This document shows positions 1 to 9,751 of a DNA stretch of 64,000 nt, in pieces. Origin of the DNA: a virus. Under the pieces are notes generated by a model that saw nothing but the letters and a program-made list of their open reading frames with translations, made no database searches and was not told the origin of the DNA. The DNA lies in IMG/VR virus record IMGVR_UViG_3300021425_000027, positions 5,363 through 69,362 of that record. One strand, given 5' to 3'. The first letter of the stretch is position 1. Every line of letters starts with the position of its first letter. The position numbers and the translations under genes were made by a program.

Positions 1-2
1 AA

Positions 3-725
3 GTACCTTTTAAGTTCTTTAAGATCTCGGCAGAGAGTAGAGGAAAGGAACTTATGCTTACACTTTCCGATGATGATTCTAGTGAAAAGCGACATCTCTT
101 AATGACTATGGGAATGAGCGGTCATTTTGCCCATACAAATACAGGACGCGAGAAAAACCATTCTCATCTTATGTTTGTTGAAAAAGATGGAACTACATTA
201 TCATTTGTAGATGTCCGTAGATTCGGTAAGTGGAAATGGGTAGATGATTGGTCACCTAATAGAGGACCAGACCCCACTACTGAATATGATGCCTTTACTG
301 ATAATATTATTCATAACTTAGATAAAGCTGCATTCAATCACCCTATACACACAGTACTGATGAACCAGTCTTACTTTAACGGTATAGGAAATTATCTTAG
401 GGCTGAAATACTTTATCGTCTTCCGCACATTAATCCTTTTGAATCTGCGAGGAGTGTACTCACAAGAGAGCCGGATATTTTTATTCTCTGTAGGGATATT
501 CCACTACAGGCATATGCATTAGGTGGTGGGCAACTAAAGGATTGGGAAAGTCCGTTTGGTACAGACCCTGAACCGCTACGAAAGTTTATGAGATGCTACG
601 GTAATCCTAATATGTCAAAGAGAAAAGATAAGAATGGGAGAATGTTTTGGTATGATTCTAAATGGGATGAAGATGCTTTATGGGATCATTATAGCGGTCT
701 TCCAAATCCTATTGCTTACATGTAA
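3..725 (+). CDS. Fpg/Nei-family DNA glycosylase, NEIL1-like (5' truncated by the window edge)
   Basis: The frame is open from position 3 (VPFKFFKISAESRGKELML). It carries SFVDVRRFGKW, the H2TH motif NQSYFNGIGNYLRAEILYR and a zincless finger (RCYG...KDKNGRMFWY). Confidence 0.9.
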   Translation, partial: VPFKFFKISAESRGKELMLTLSDDDSSEKRHLLMTMGMSGHFAHTNTGREKNHSHLMFVEKDGTTLSFVDVRRFGKWKWVDDWSPNRGPDPTTEYDAFTDNIIHNLDKAAFNHPIHTVLMNQSYFNGIGNYLRAEILYRLPHINPFESARSVLTREPDIFILCRDIPLQAYALGGGQLKDWESPFGTDPEPLRKFMRCYGNPNMSKRKDKNGRMFWYDSKWDEDALWDHYSGLPNPIAYM

Positions 726-750
726 ACAAACACACATATTAGCTATATAA
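724..750 (+). promoter_or_regulatory. Class B phage promoter AAAC-N17-ATATAA
   Basis: One of 10 copies of AAAC-N16/17-RTATAA found upstream of replication and metabolism genes. Confidence 0.55.
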
Positions 751-765
751 AAATAAAATCAAAAT

Positions 766-1260
766 ATGGCTAATATTGATAATCAATGTAAAGATCTCGA
801 AGTAAGAGATTACTTTTCAGAGAATGGTTATGATCATTCTAAAAATTCACTAGAAGATCTTTATTCACTTCAAGCAAAAACGCAATCTATGTATTTCGAA
901 AAGCAAGGCAGAAAGCCCTTTTCAGAATTTAATATAGGTGATGTTGTAGATTTTCTCATGGTAACTAATCATGCAATAATTGATGAATTACATGAGATGA
1001 TGGATGCTGTTGGTGGGATTGAAGATGGGGAAGGTAATGCTGCATGGAAACCTTGGAAATCTGCAAATTCTGAAATTAGAAAACAAAAATTATCAGATTT
1101 AACACCAGGTGATCTTAAAGAATTGAAAATGGAATGGATTGATATAATGCATTTTGTATTTAATGCAGGTTTGGCCATTGGTGTTACTCCACAAGAATTC
1201 TATAACTATTATCTTTCAAAGAATGAAGAGAATTGGAATAGACAAGAAAATAATTATTAA
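766..1260 (+). CDS. All-alpha dimeric dUTPase/dCTPase (T4 gp56-like)
   Basis: Motifs DELHEM, AAWKPWK, EWIDIMHF and YLSKNEENWNRQENNY. Confidence 0.85.
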   Translation: MANIDNQCKDLEVRDYFSENGYDHSKNSLEDLYSLQAKTQSMYFEKQGRKPFSEFNIGDVVDFLMVTNHAIIDELHEMMDAVGGIEDGEGNAAWKPWKSANSEIRKQKLSDLTPGDLKELKMEWIDIMHFVFNAGLAIGVTPQEFYNYYLSKNEENWNRQENNY

Positions 1261-1283
1261 ACATTACATTTAAAAAATAAAAT

Positions 1284-2693
1284 ATGCTATTAGATATCAC
1301 ACAAGAAGATCGCACTCTATGGGTTTCTTATTTTAATCTAGAAGGTAAAACTAGGTTTAAGACATATGACCTCACTGCCGATGATATGTTTAACTGGGAG
1401 GTTTGCGATGAAGGGGATACTAAAGCAGATCCTAAGATGAAAAACTGGGATGGCCGACCGGTAAAGAAAGTTAAGTCTAGGTGGTTAAATAAGTATAGAA
1501 TTATTGAGTACATGGATAACTTATCTAAGTCTGATAGGGAATTCATCTTTGGTTATCATTTTCCAAGAACATATTTTATTGATATTGAGGTTGAGGTAAC
1601 TGATTCATTTCCTGAACCAAGTAAAGCACCAAATCCTATAACTACAATATGTATTGTTACGCCTGAAAAACAGTGTATTGTTTTGGCAACTAAAGATTTA
1701 GATAATCAAACTCAATCAAAGATTCAGAATCAAATAGATGAACATTTTAAAGATATTGATGATGACTTTTCATTCACCTTTAAGTGTTTTAAAACCGAAT
1801 ATGATATGATGTCTACATTTATGATGTCATTCGTTCAAAAATTTCCAATGATGACAGGTTGGAATTATGTAAAATTTGATTGGCAATACATTATTAACCG
1901 ATGTAAAAAGTTAGGAATTGACATAGGATCTGCTTCACCTTTAGGTAGAACTTTTGGCAGAGATGAATTCCCTTGTCATGTAGGAGTAATGGATTATTTA
2001 GATATTTATGCAAAATGGGATAGGACTGTAGATATTAAAGAAGACTTTAAGCTTGATACAGTAGGTGAAGCTGTTGTAGGAATTAAGAAAGTTAAGTATG
2101 AAGGTACTATTCAAGATATGTATGAAAAGGACTATCCTAAGTACGTGTTTTATAATGTAATTGATACTGCATTAGTTTATCTTATTCATCAGAAAATTAA
2201 GACTATGGATATTGCATTAACTATTGCACATATGACTCAGATTAGTATATTTAAAGCAGCATCACCTGTTGCAATTACCGAAGCTTTACTTGCAAGAGAA
2301 TTTTTAACAAGAGATCTTGTAATGGCAAAAGACCCAAAGGCACCTCCAACAAAACGAGAACAGTTTGAAGGAGCCTTCGTAAAGGAACCTATTACTGGTA
2401 TGCATAACGCAGTTGCTGCATTTGATTTTGCATCTCTTTATCCTTCAATTATGAGACAATTAAATGTTTCACCAGAAAGCTTTAAGAAAAAAGTATCACC
2501 TGAAAAAAGAGAAGCAGAAAAAGGAATTAATAATATTGTATCTGTTACCGGTGCTGTATATGACACAGAAAGGTCGATTCTAAAGGATGTTCTTAGCAGA
2601 CTGTACTCACAAAGAAGAGAGTATAAGAAAAAGTCTTTTGAACTTCAACAAAAAGCATATGAAATGGAGAAGAGTCTAAAAGGATCTGAATAA
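1284..2693 (+). CDS. Family B DNA polymerase, N-terminal subunit (3'-5' exonuclease plus palm motif A); gp43A-like
   Basis: ExoI FIDIE, ExoII GWNYVKFDW, ExoIII YNVID, then GAFVKEP and DFASLYPSIM. The ORF ends in the first fingers helix and lacks motifs B and C. Confidence 0.92.
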   Translation: MLLDITQEDRTLWVSYFNLEGKTRFKTYDLTADDMFNWEVCDEGDTKADPKMKNWDGRPVKKVKSRWLNKYRIIEYMDNLSKSDREFIFGYHFPRTYFIDIEVEVTDSFPEPSKAPNPITTICIVTPEKQCIVLATKDLDNQTQSKIQNQIDEHFKDIDDDFSFTFKCFKTEYDMMSTFMMSFVQKFPMMTGWNYVKFDWQYIINRCKKLGIDIGSASPLGRTFGRDEFPCHVGVMDYLDIYAKWDRTVDIKEDFKLDTVGEAVVGIKKVKYEGTIQDMYEKDYPKYVFYNVIDTALVYLIHQKIKTMDIALTIAHMTQISIFKAASPVAITEALLAREFLTRDLVMAKDPKAPPTKREQFEGAFVKEPITGMHNAVAAFDFASLYPSIMRQLNVSPESFKKKVSPEKREAEKGINNIVSVTGAVYDTERSILKDVLSRLYSQRREYKKKSFELQQKAYEMEKSLKGSE

Positions 2694-2763
2694 ATAAAAA
2701 ACAATCAATTAAAGTAAATGTGCAGCTTAGGTTGCATATTTAGTCAATAAAACAAAAACATAA

Positions 2764-3759
2764 ATGAGCAAATTATTCACAGAACGCATTCACTACAAGC
2801 CTTTTGAATATCCAGAATATTATTTGGATGGTTGGCTACCACAAGCACAAGCTTTTTGGTTACATACTGAAATTTCAATGCAAAGTGATGTTAAAGATTG
2901 GAATGAAAATCTAAACCCATCTGAAAAGAATTTGGTAGGTAATATACTTTTAGGCTTTGCGCAAACTGAATGTGCAGTATCTGATTATTGGACAGGAATG
3001 GTAACCCGATGGTTTCCTAAGCATGAAATTCGCCAAATGGCTATGATGTTTGGGTCTCAAGAAACTATCCACGCTGTTGCATATTCTTATCTTAACGAAA
3101 CATTAGGGCTTGAAGACTTTGAGGGTTTTTTGCATGAGCCTTCAACTGCGGATAGATTTGAATTCTTAATGCAAACTACTGCAGACTATACACACGAAGA
3201 CTTATCAAAAGATCCAACCGCACGAAAGGAAGTTGCCAGATCTTTGGCTATATTTTCTGCTTTTGCTGAAGGTGTAGCATTATACTCTTCTTTTGCTGTT
3301 CTTTATTCTTTTCAAATGAGAAACTTATTAAAAGGTATTGGGCAGCAAATGAAATGGTCAGTTAGAGATGAATCTCTTCACTCTAAAATGGGCTGTAGGT
3401 TATTTAATCATATGTGTGATGAATACCCAGATCTTAAAGATTCTGTAAAGAATGAAGTCGAAGAAGCTGCTACTTTAATGGTTGAAATGGAACATAAATA
3501 TATTGATAAAATATTTGAAAGTGGTAATTTGGAAAATTTGAAAAAGGAAGATCTTAAAGAATTTATTAAGAAGCGTGCTAATGAAAAATTACAAGAATTA
3601 GGATATTCCTCTATTTTTGATTATAATGAAGAGTCTGCGAGCAATCTCGATTGGTTCTATCACTTAACTGGTGGTCATACACATACTGACTTTTTTGCAA
3701 TTAGACCTACTGATTATGCAAAAGCAGGAGAAGGTGATGACTGGGATGATATTTGGTAA
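2764..3759 (+). CDS. nrdB: Class I ribonucleotide reductase beta subunit
   Basis: QETIHAVAY, FAEGVALYSSF, RDESLH and the C-terminal DFFAIRPTDYAK. Confidence 0.95.
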   Translation: MSKLFTERIHYKPFEYPEYYLDGWLPQAQAFWLHTEISMQSDVKDWNENLNPSEKNLVGNILLGFAQTECAVSDYWTGMVTRWFPKHEIRQMAMMFGSQETIHAVAYSYLNETLGLEDFEGFLHEPSTADRFEFLMQTTADYTHEDLSKDPTARKEVARSLAIFSAFAEGVALYSSFAVLYSFQMRNLLKGIGQQMKWSVRDESLHSKMGCRLFNHMCDEYPDLKDSVKNEVEEAATLMVEMEHKYIDKIFESGNLENLKKEDLKEFIKKRANEKLQELGYSSIFDYNEESASNLDWFYHLTGGHTHTDFFAIRPTDYAKAGEGDDWDDIW

Positions 3760-3769
3760 AGATTATTAA

Positions 3770-4438
3770 ATGAATAGGTTTTTAGAAATAGGAAATAAAT
3801 ACAAGACAGATAAAGTTTCTCTTCATAATTATCATGAAATATATCCTCGGTATATTGAAAAATATTATAATTTAGAAGGAGGGATAATAGAGGTTGGGCT
3901 TTTAGGAGGTTCATCTCTTAAACTATGGTTAGAACTTTTTCCAAACATGCATATTTATGGATTGGATATTAATCCTAGCGAAAGTATAAAAAAACATGAA
4001 AGGTATACTATTATAAAAGCCGATCAAAGCTTACAATCAGATTTAGATAATTCACTTAATAAAATAGAAGAACCTATTTGGTTTATTAATGATGACGGGT
4101 CTCATATTCCTGAACATCAACTATTGACGTTCAATACTCTATTTCCAAAATTAGAAAATGGAGGAGTTTATATTATTGAAGACATTGAAACATCTTATTG
4201 GACAAAGGATGGTTTATATGGGTATGATACAAGATATGGTTTAGGTCACCCAAAAAGTATAATTGAAATATTTAAAAAATCGATTGATGGTATTAATCAT
4301 AGGTATTTATTAAATCCTGATTTTGGAGTTGTAAAACACCAAAAACAATTTCATAGTATTACATTTGCACAAAATTGTATAATAATTGTAAAACAGGCTG
4401 AAAATAATAAGCCTTATGCATATAAATCACGTTTATAA
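3770..4438 (+). CDS. Class I SAM-dependent methyltransferase (sugar O-methyltransferase, MycE/TylE-like)
   Basis: TDK...HNY, EVGLLGGSSL, YGLDI, DQS, INDDGSH and GGVYIIEDIETSY. Confidence 0.75.
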   Translation: MNRFLEIGNKYKTDKVSLHNYHEIYPRYIEKYYNLEGGIIEVGLLGGSSLKLWLELFPNMHIYGLDINPSESIKKHERYTIIKADQSLQSDLDNSLNKIEEPIWFINDDGSHIPEHQLLTFNTLFPKLENGGVYIIEDIETSYWTKDGLYGYDTRYGLGHPKSIIEIFKKSIDGINHRYLLNPDFGVVKHQKQFHSITFAQNCIIIVKQAENNKPYAYKSRL

Positions 4439-4451
4439 ACTAAAACATAAA

Positions 4452-6227
4452 ATGACAGCAAACCAAATAGAAAAAGAATTAGGTTGGGAACGCGGTGTTG
4501 ATTATCCAGAATGGGGTCATACTGATGTTTATCTCAATACAATATCAAAAGGGTATTGTTTACCTGGAGAAACACCAAGAGATGCTTATTGGAGAGTATC
4601 TACTACAGTAGCAAATAGACTTAGAAAACCAGAAATGGCTGATAAGTTTTTTAATTATATTTGGAAAGGGTGGCTTAATTTAGCATCACCTGTGCTAAGT
4701 AATACCGGTACTGAGAGAGGTTTGCCTATAAGTTGCTTTGGTATAGATGTTGCTGATTCGATTAATGATATTGGTAGTAAGAACCTAGAATTAATGATGT
4801 TAGCTAAACATGGTGGTGGTGTTGGTATTTGTCATAATCAAATTCGACCTGCTGGTGCAAACATAACAGATAATGGAACTAGTGACGGCGTAGTACCTTT
4901 CATAAAAATTAATGATTCAACTATACTTGCAACAAACCAAGGTGCAGTTAGGCGAGGTGCTGCCAGTACAAACTTAAACATTGAGCACAATGACTTTTGG
5001 GAATGGTTAGAAATCAGAGAACCTAAAGGTGACATTAATCGTCAATGTCTAAATATGAATCAATGCGTTGTTATATCTGATAAATTTATGCGGAGAGTCA
5101 TGGAAGGTGATGATGATGCTAGAAAAAGATATTCTGCAGTTCAGAGAAAAAGAAGACAGACTGGCCAGCCTTATATTATGTATAGAGGTAATGTTAATAA
5201 ACAAAATCCTGATGCATACAAGAAGAACGGCCTAAAGGTGTTTATGACTAATATCTGTTCTGAGATTACATTACATAGTGATGAAAATCATTCATTCGTT
5301 TGTTGCTTAAGTTCTCTTAATCTCTCTAAGTACGATGAGTGGAAAAATACTAATCTTATATACGATTCAACATGGTTTTTAGATGGCGTGCTTGAAGAAT
5401 TTATACAAAAATCAAAAAATAGAAAAGGGTTTGAGAATTCTATTAGAACTGCAGAAAAAGGTAGAGCATTAGGCCTAGGCGTTTTAGGATGGCATACTTA
5501 CTTACAACAGCGAGGAATCGCATTTGAAGGTTTAGAAGCCCAGTATGAAACTAGAAATATCTTTTCACAAATTAAAATTGAAAGTGAAAGAGCAAGCCGT
5601 GATTTAGCAGAAGCATACGGGGAGCCTTTATGGTGTAAAGATACTGGGTTTAGGAATACTCACTTAAGAGCAGTTGCACCTACAGTATCTAATTCTAAAT
5701 TAGCAGGAGGGATATCTGCAGGTATTGAACCTGTACCTGCAAACATTTGGACTGATCAATCGGCTAAAGGTACATTTATTAGAAAGAACAAAGTACTAGA
5801 AGGTTACCTTGATAAGATTGGTCATAACAATAAAAAGGTATGGGATAAGATTATGGCAGATGGAGGATCTGTACAAGGTCTTAAATTCTTAGATGAATGG
5901 TGTTTCAGTAGAGGTATTTTAATTAAATGTAAAGATAATGGCATAGATGAAATTGCCGTTCCATTTAAAGATGTATTTAAAACATTTAAAGAAATTAACC
6001 AATTAGATTTAGTAAGACAAGCTGGTATTAGACAACAATATATTGATCAGGGTGTATCTTTAAATCTTGCATTTCCTAAAGAAGCATCTCCTAAGTGGAT
6101 TAATCAGATTCATCTAGAGGCATGGAAACAAGGTATTAAAACTCTTTACTACATGAGAACTGAATCTGTGTTAAGAGGTGACATTGCCCAAAAGGCAATG
6201 GAAGACTGTATTAGTTGCGATGGATAA
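4452..6227 (+). CDS. nrdA: Class I ribonucleotide reductase alpha subunit (no N-terminal ATP cone)
   Basis: ASPVLSN, PISCF, TNICSEI, VCCLSSLNL, APTVSNS, KTLYY and a terminal CISCDG. The ATG at 4452 is preferred because it follows the upstream stop. Confidence 0.95.
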   Translation: MTANQIEKELGWERGVDYPEWGHTDVYLNTISKGYCLPGETPRDAYWRVSTTVANRLRKPEMADKFFNYIWKGWLNLASPVLSNTGTERGLPISCFGIDVADSINDIGSKNLELMMLAKHGGGVGICHNQIRPAGANITDNGTSDGVVPFIKINDSTILATNQGAVRRGAASTNLNIEHNDFWEWLEIREPKGDINRQCLNMNQCVVISDKFMRRVMEGDDDARKRYSAVQRKRRQTGQPYIMYRGNVNKQNPDAYKKNGLKVFMTNICSEITLHSDENHSFVCCLSSLNLSKYDEWKNTNLIYDSTWFLDGVLEEFIQKSKNRKGFENSIRTAEKGRALGLGVLGWHTYLQQRGIAFEGLEAQYETRNIFSQIKIESERASRDLAEAYGEPLWCKDTGFRNTHLRAVAPTVSNSKLAGGISAGIEPVPANIWTDQSAKGTFIRKNKVLEGYLDKIGHNNKKVWDKIMADGGSVQGLKFLDEWCFSRGILIKCKDNGIDEIAVPFKDVFKTFKEINQLDLVRQAGIRQQYIDQGVSLNLAFPKEASPKWINQIHLEAWKQGIKTLYYMRTESVLRGDIAQKAMEDCISCDG

Positions 6228-6240
6228 TGTTTCTTTAATG

Positions 6241-6266
6241 AAACAAAGGTAATATTTTATGTATAA
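6241..6266 (+). promoter_or_regulatory. Class B phage promoter AAAC-N16-GTATAA
   Basis: Matches the repeated bipartite motif and lies 13 nt before the kdsA start. Confidence 0.55.
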
Positions 6267-6279
6267 TTAATAATACATT

Positions 6280-7026
6280 ATGAGAGACTATACTTACATA
6301 CTTGGTCCTTGTAGTATTGAAAACGAGGATAACTTTTTAGAAGTAGCCAAAGCATTAAATGCATCTATGGGAGATAAGAACTGGTATCTAAAAGGATCTT
6401 TTGATAAGGCAAACAGAACTTCTATACATTCTGATAGAGGTCCTGGTTTAGAAGAAGGTATGGAAATCATGAGAATCGTTAAGCATTATTATCCTAATAT
6501 TAAAATCGTAACAGATATTCATGAACCTAGTCAGGCACTACCTTTATCAGAAGTAGTGGATGTTATTCAAATTCCTGCCTTCTTATGTAGACAAACTGAT
6601 CTTTTAGTTGAATGTGCAAAAAACTTTAATGTTATTAATATTAAAAAGGGTCAATGGTTATCCGCTGAAGCAATGGAACATGCGGTTACTAAAATAAAAG
6701 AAGTGGATCCTAATTGCGAAGTATGGGTAACTGAAAGAGGGTCTCAATTTGGCTACGATAGATTAATTGTAGATTTTAGAGGTGTAGATGTAATGAAAGA
6801 ATTTGCAGATAAAGTTATTTTAGACTGTACCCATTCAACACAAATGGCAGGAGATGGTATAACCGGAGGAAGTCGTAAGTTAGCAAAACAATATGCTAAG
6901 GTTGCTAAGATTTTTGAATATGATGGGGTATTTATTGAAACTCACCCAGATCCTGATAATGCTATTTCAGACTCTGGTAGCCAAGTAGAATTAGATTGGT
7001 TAGTAGCTCAAATAAATAATATATGA
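6280..7026 (+). CDS. kdsA: KDO-8-phosphate synthase
   Basis: GPCSIE, KGSFDKANRTS, QIPAFLCRQTDL, NIKKGQ, DCTHS and FIETHPDP...SD. Confidence 0.93.
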   Translation: MRDYTYILGPCSIENEDNFLEVAKALNASMGDKNWYLKGSFDKANRTSIHSDRGPGLEEGMEIMRIVKHYYPNIKIVTDIHEPSQALPLSEVVDVIQIPAFLCRQTDLLVECAKNFNVINIKKGQWLSAEAMEHAVTKIKEVDPNCEVWVTERGSQFGYDRLIVDFRGVDVMKEFADKVILDCTHSTQMAGDGITGGSRKLAKQYAKVAKIFEYDGVFIETHPDPDNAISDSGSQVELDWLVAQINNI

Positions 7027-8084
7027 ATCTAGACTACAATAAATTACTTAATCGTAATCCTATTTCTACCGATCTTAATTCGATTAAAGAATACATAAAA
7101 GGTAAAAGAATTTTAGTTACTGGTGGTGCCGGTTCAATCGGGAGTGAAATTGTACGTCAGCTTGTAAAATTTGGTGCATCTACCGTTACTGTTTATGATA
7201 ATGCAGAAGCTTCAATGTTTCACTTGGAGCAGGAAATCAGCAGATTATTTCCCAACTCTCATATTAAATATGTAATAGGAGATGTAAGAGATAAGTATAG
7301 GTTAGAAGAAGTTTTTGATTCTTTTAAACCAAATATTGTTTTTCATGCAGCTGCTTATAAACATGTTCCTATGATGGAAGCAAATCCTATTGAAGCAATT
7401 AAAACTAATGTATTAGGTACTATGAATGTTTCTAATACAGCTTATATGAATGAAGTTGAAAAGTTTGTAATGGTATCAACCGATAAAGCAGTTAATCCTA
7501 CAAATGTAATGGGTGCAACTAAAAGAATAGCAGAATTATATACTCAGTTCTTAGAAACAAAATCTGCAACTAAATTTATTGTTACAAGATTTGGAAATGT
7601 ATTAGGATCTGAAGGTTCAGTAATTCCAACATTTATAAAACAAATTGAAAGAGGAGGGCCTATAAGTGTTACCCACAAAGAGGTAATTAGATACTTTATG
7701 ACTATACCCGAAGCATGCCAATTAGTATTACAAGCAGGTGTATTAGGTAAAGGTGGAGAGGTATTTCTTTTTGATATGGGAGAACCTGTTAGTATTACTG
7801 ATTTGGCTAAAAAATTAATAAAGCATTTTAATAGTGATGCTAAAATTAAATACATAGGATTAAGACCAGGTGAAAAATTATATGAAGAGCTATTATGTAA
7901 TGGTGAAAATATGATACCTACAGAAGATCATAATATTATGAAGTTAAATCATGAAGATTATGATTTTAAAACTTTAATACCTAAAATAGAAAAATTATCT
8001 AAAATAAGGTCAAATGATTTCTATAAGATACTTTTATTAATGAAAAGTATTGTTCCGGAATTTAAAAGAGAAAGTAATGATTAA
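7023..8084 (+). CDS. UDP-GlcNAc 4,6-dehydratase (PglF/CapD catalytic domain only)
   Basis: TGGAGSIGSE, HAAAYKHVP, STDKAVNPTNVMGATKR, RFGNVLGS and GLRPGEKLYEEL. Confidence 0.9.
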   Translation: MNLDYNKLLNRNPISTDLNSIKEYIKGKRILVTGGAGSIGSEIVRQLVKFGASTVTVYDNAEASMFHLEQEISRLFPNSHIKYVIGDVRDKYRLEEVFDSFKPNIVFHAAAYKHVPMMEANPIEAIKTNVLGTMNVSNTAYMNEVEKFVMVSTDKAVNPTNVMGATKRIAELYTQFLETKSATKFIVTRFGNVLGSEGSVIPTFIKQIERGGPISVTHKEVIRYFMTIPEACQLVLQAGVLGKGGEVFLFDMGEPVSITDLAKKLIKHFNSDAKIKYIGLRPGEKLYEELLCNGENMIPTEDHNIMKLNHEDYDFKTLIPKIEKLSKIRSNDFYKILLLMKSIVPEFKRESND

Positions 8085-8625
8085 CATTTATGGTAAAGGT
8101 GGTCATGCTAAAGTAGTTGCATCAGCATTAATTAGCACTATTGATTATGGTATTAAATTTTTTAATGATGATGATTATGATCCTAATCGCTTAGGTACTT
8201 GGTTAATAGCTATTGGTAATAATTATGATAGGAAAAGAATCGCAAATAAATTAGCAGGTCATGAATTCGGAATTATAATAGCAGACAATGCAAATTGTGA
8301 TTTAAATATTAATCCAGGTGAAGGAACACAAATATTACAAAGTGCCACAGTACAAGTAGGAACTAAAATAGGTAAGCATTGTATAATTAATACAGCTGCT
8401 TCTATTGATCATGATTGTATTTTATCTGATTTTAGTTTTATAGGTCCTAATGTAACTTTATGCGGAGGTGTTGAAATTGGAGAATGTAGCTTTATTGGTG
8501 CAGGATCGGTAATTTTACCTTACATAAAAATTGGAAAAAATTGTATGATAGGCGCAGGATCAGTAGTAACAAAAGATATACCTAATAATACAACTGCATA
8601 CGGAAATCCCGCCAAAATAAAATAA
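8077..8625 (+). CDS. Sugar N-acetyltransferase, PglD/NeuD-like (hexapeptide repeats)
   Basis: YGKGGHAKVV, AIGNN..R, IINT...DHDC, left-handed beta-helix repeats and GNPAK. Confidence 0.88.
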   Translation: MINIYGKGGHAKVVASALISTIDYGIKFFNDDDYDPNRLGTWLIAIGNNYDRKRIANKLAGHEFGIIIADNANCDLNINPGEGTQILQSATVQVGTKIGKHCIINTAASIDHDCILSDFSFIGPNVTLCGGVEIGECSFIGAGSVILPYIKIGKNCMIGAGSVVTKDIPNNTTAYGNPAKIK

Positions 8626-8626
8626 C

Positions 8627-9751
8627 ATGAAAAAGATTTACTTATCACCGCCTCATATGTCAGGTAAGGAATTAGAATACATTAAAGAAGTATTTGATCA
8701 AAATTGGATAGCACCGGTAGGTCCTCATCTGAATAAATTTGAAGACATGATAAAAGAATACACTGGAGCTAAACACGCTGTGGCAGTTACTTCAGGTACT
8801 GCAGGTATTCATTTAGCTTTAAGGTCATTAGGTGTTAGCGATGGAGATTTTGTTTTATGTTCATCTCTTACGTTTATTGGAACAGTAAATCCTATTATTT
8901 ATTGTGGAGCAGAACCTATATTTATAGACTCTGAAGAAGGTACTTGGAACATGGACCCAGTATTATTAGAAACTGCAATTCTTAATTCAACTGCAATCGG
9001 TAAAAAACCTAAAGCAATTATACCTGTACATATTTTTGGCGTACCTTGTAACATGGAGGCAATTAAAAAATTATCTGATGAATATGACATACCTATTATT
9101 GAAGACGCCGCAGAGAGCCTGGGCTCTACAACAAATGATAAACATACTGGAACCTTTGGCAATATTGGGGTTTATTCTTTTAATGGAAATAAATTACTTT
9201 CTACTTCAGGTGGTGGGGTAATAGTAACCGATAATAAAGAAAAGGCTGATAAGATGAGATTTTTATCAACTCAAGCAAAAGACCCAATGCCTTTTTATCA
9301 TCATACTGAAATAGGATATAACTATAGAATGAGTAATGTTCTTGCTGCAATAGGCATAGGTCAAATGGAGGTAATTGAAGATCGTATTAATAGAACACGA
9401 GAAGTAAATGAAACCTACAGAAAGGAATTAGGAGATTACTTTTATTCCTTCCAAGAAGAAGGGTCTTCTGACAGATCAAATTGCTGGTTAACTTGTGCAC
9501 TTTTAAAACCTGAACATCGCCCAGAAGATCTTATTGAACATTTAGCAAAAGATAATATTGAAGCAAGAAGACTTTGGAAGCCTATGCATCAACAACCAGT
9601 CTTAACACAGTACAGGAAATATATAAATGGAAACAGCGCTTTATTATTCTTACAAGGTATATGTTTGCCATCGGGGTCTGATTTAACTGATGATGATCTT
9701 AAAAGAATAATTAAGTCAATAAAAACATTTTTTGATAATGATAAGCTTTGA
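8627..9751 (+). CDS. PLP-dependent sugar aminotransferase, PglE/DegT family
   Basis: IYLSPPHM, SGTAGIHLAL, EDAAESLG, SFNGNKLLSTSGGG, GYNYRMSN and CLPSG. Confidence 0.92.
   Translation: MKKIYLSPPHMSGKELEYIKEVFDQNWIAPVGPHLNKFEDMIKEYTGAKHAVAVTSGTAGIHLALRSLGVSDGDFVLCSSLTFIGTVNPIIYCGAEPIFIDSEEGTWNMDPVLLETAILNSTAIGKKPKAIIPVHIFGVPCNMEAIKKLSDEYDIPIIEDAAESLGSTTNDKHTGTFGNIGVYSFNGNKLLSTSGGGVIVTDNKEKADKMRFLSTQAKDPMPFYHHTEIGYNYRMSNVLAAIGIGQMEVIEDRINRTREVNETYRKELGDYFYSFQEEGSSDRSNCWLTCALLKPEHRPEDLIEHLAKDNIEARRLWKPMHQQPVLTQYRKYINGNSALLFLQGICLPSGSDLTDDDLKRIIKSIKTFFDNDKL

Noticed and set aside
2716-2742. Imperfect hairpin (aatgtgcagc-ttag-gttgcatatt) after the polymerase N-half
   Set aside because: Weak stem and short U tract; it may be a terminator but support is insufficient.
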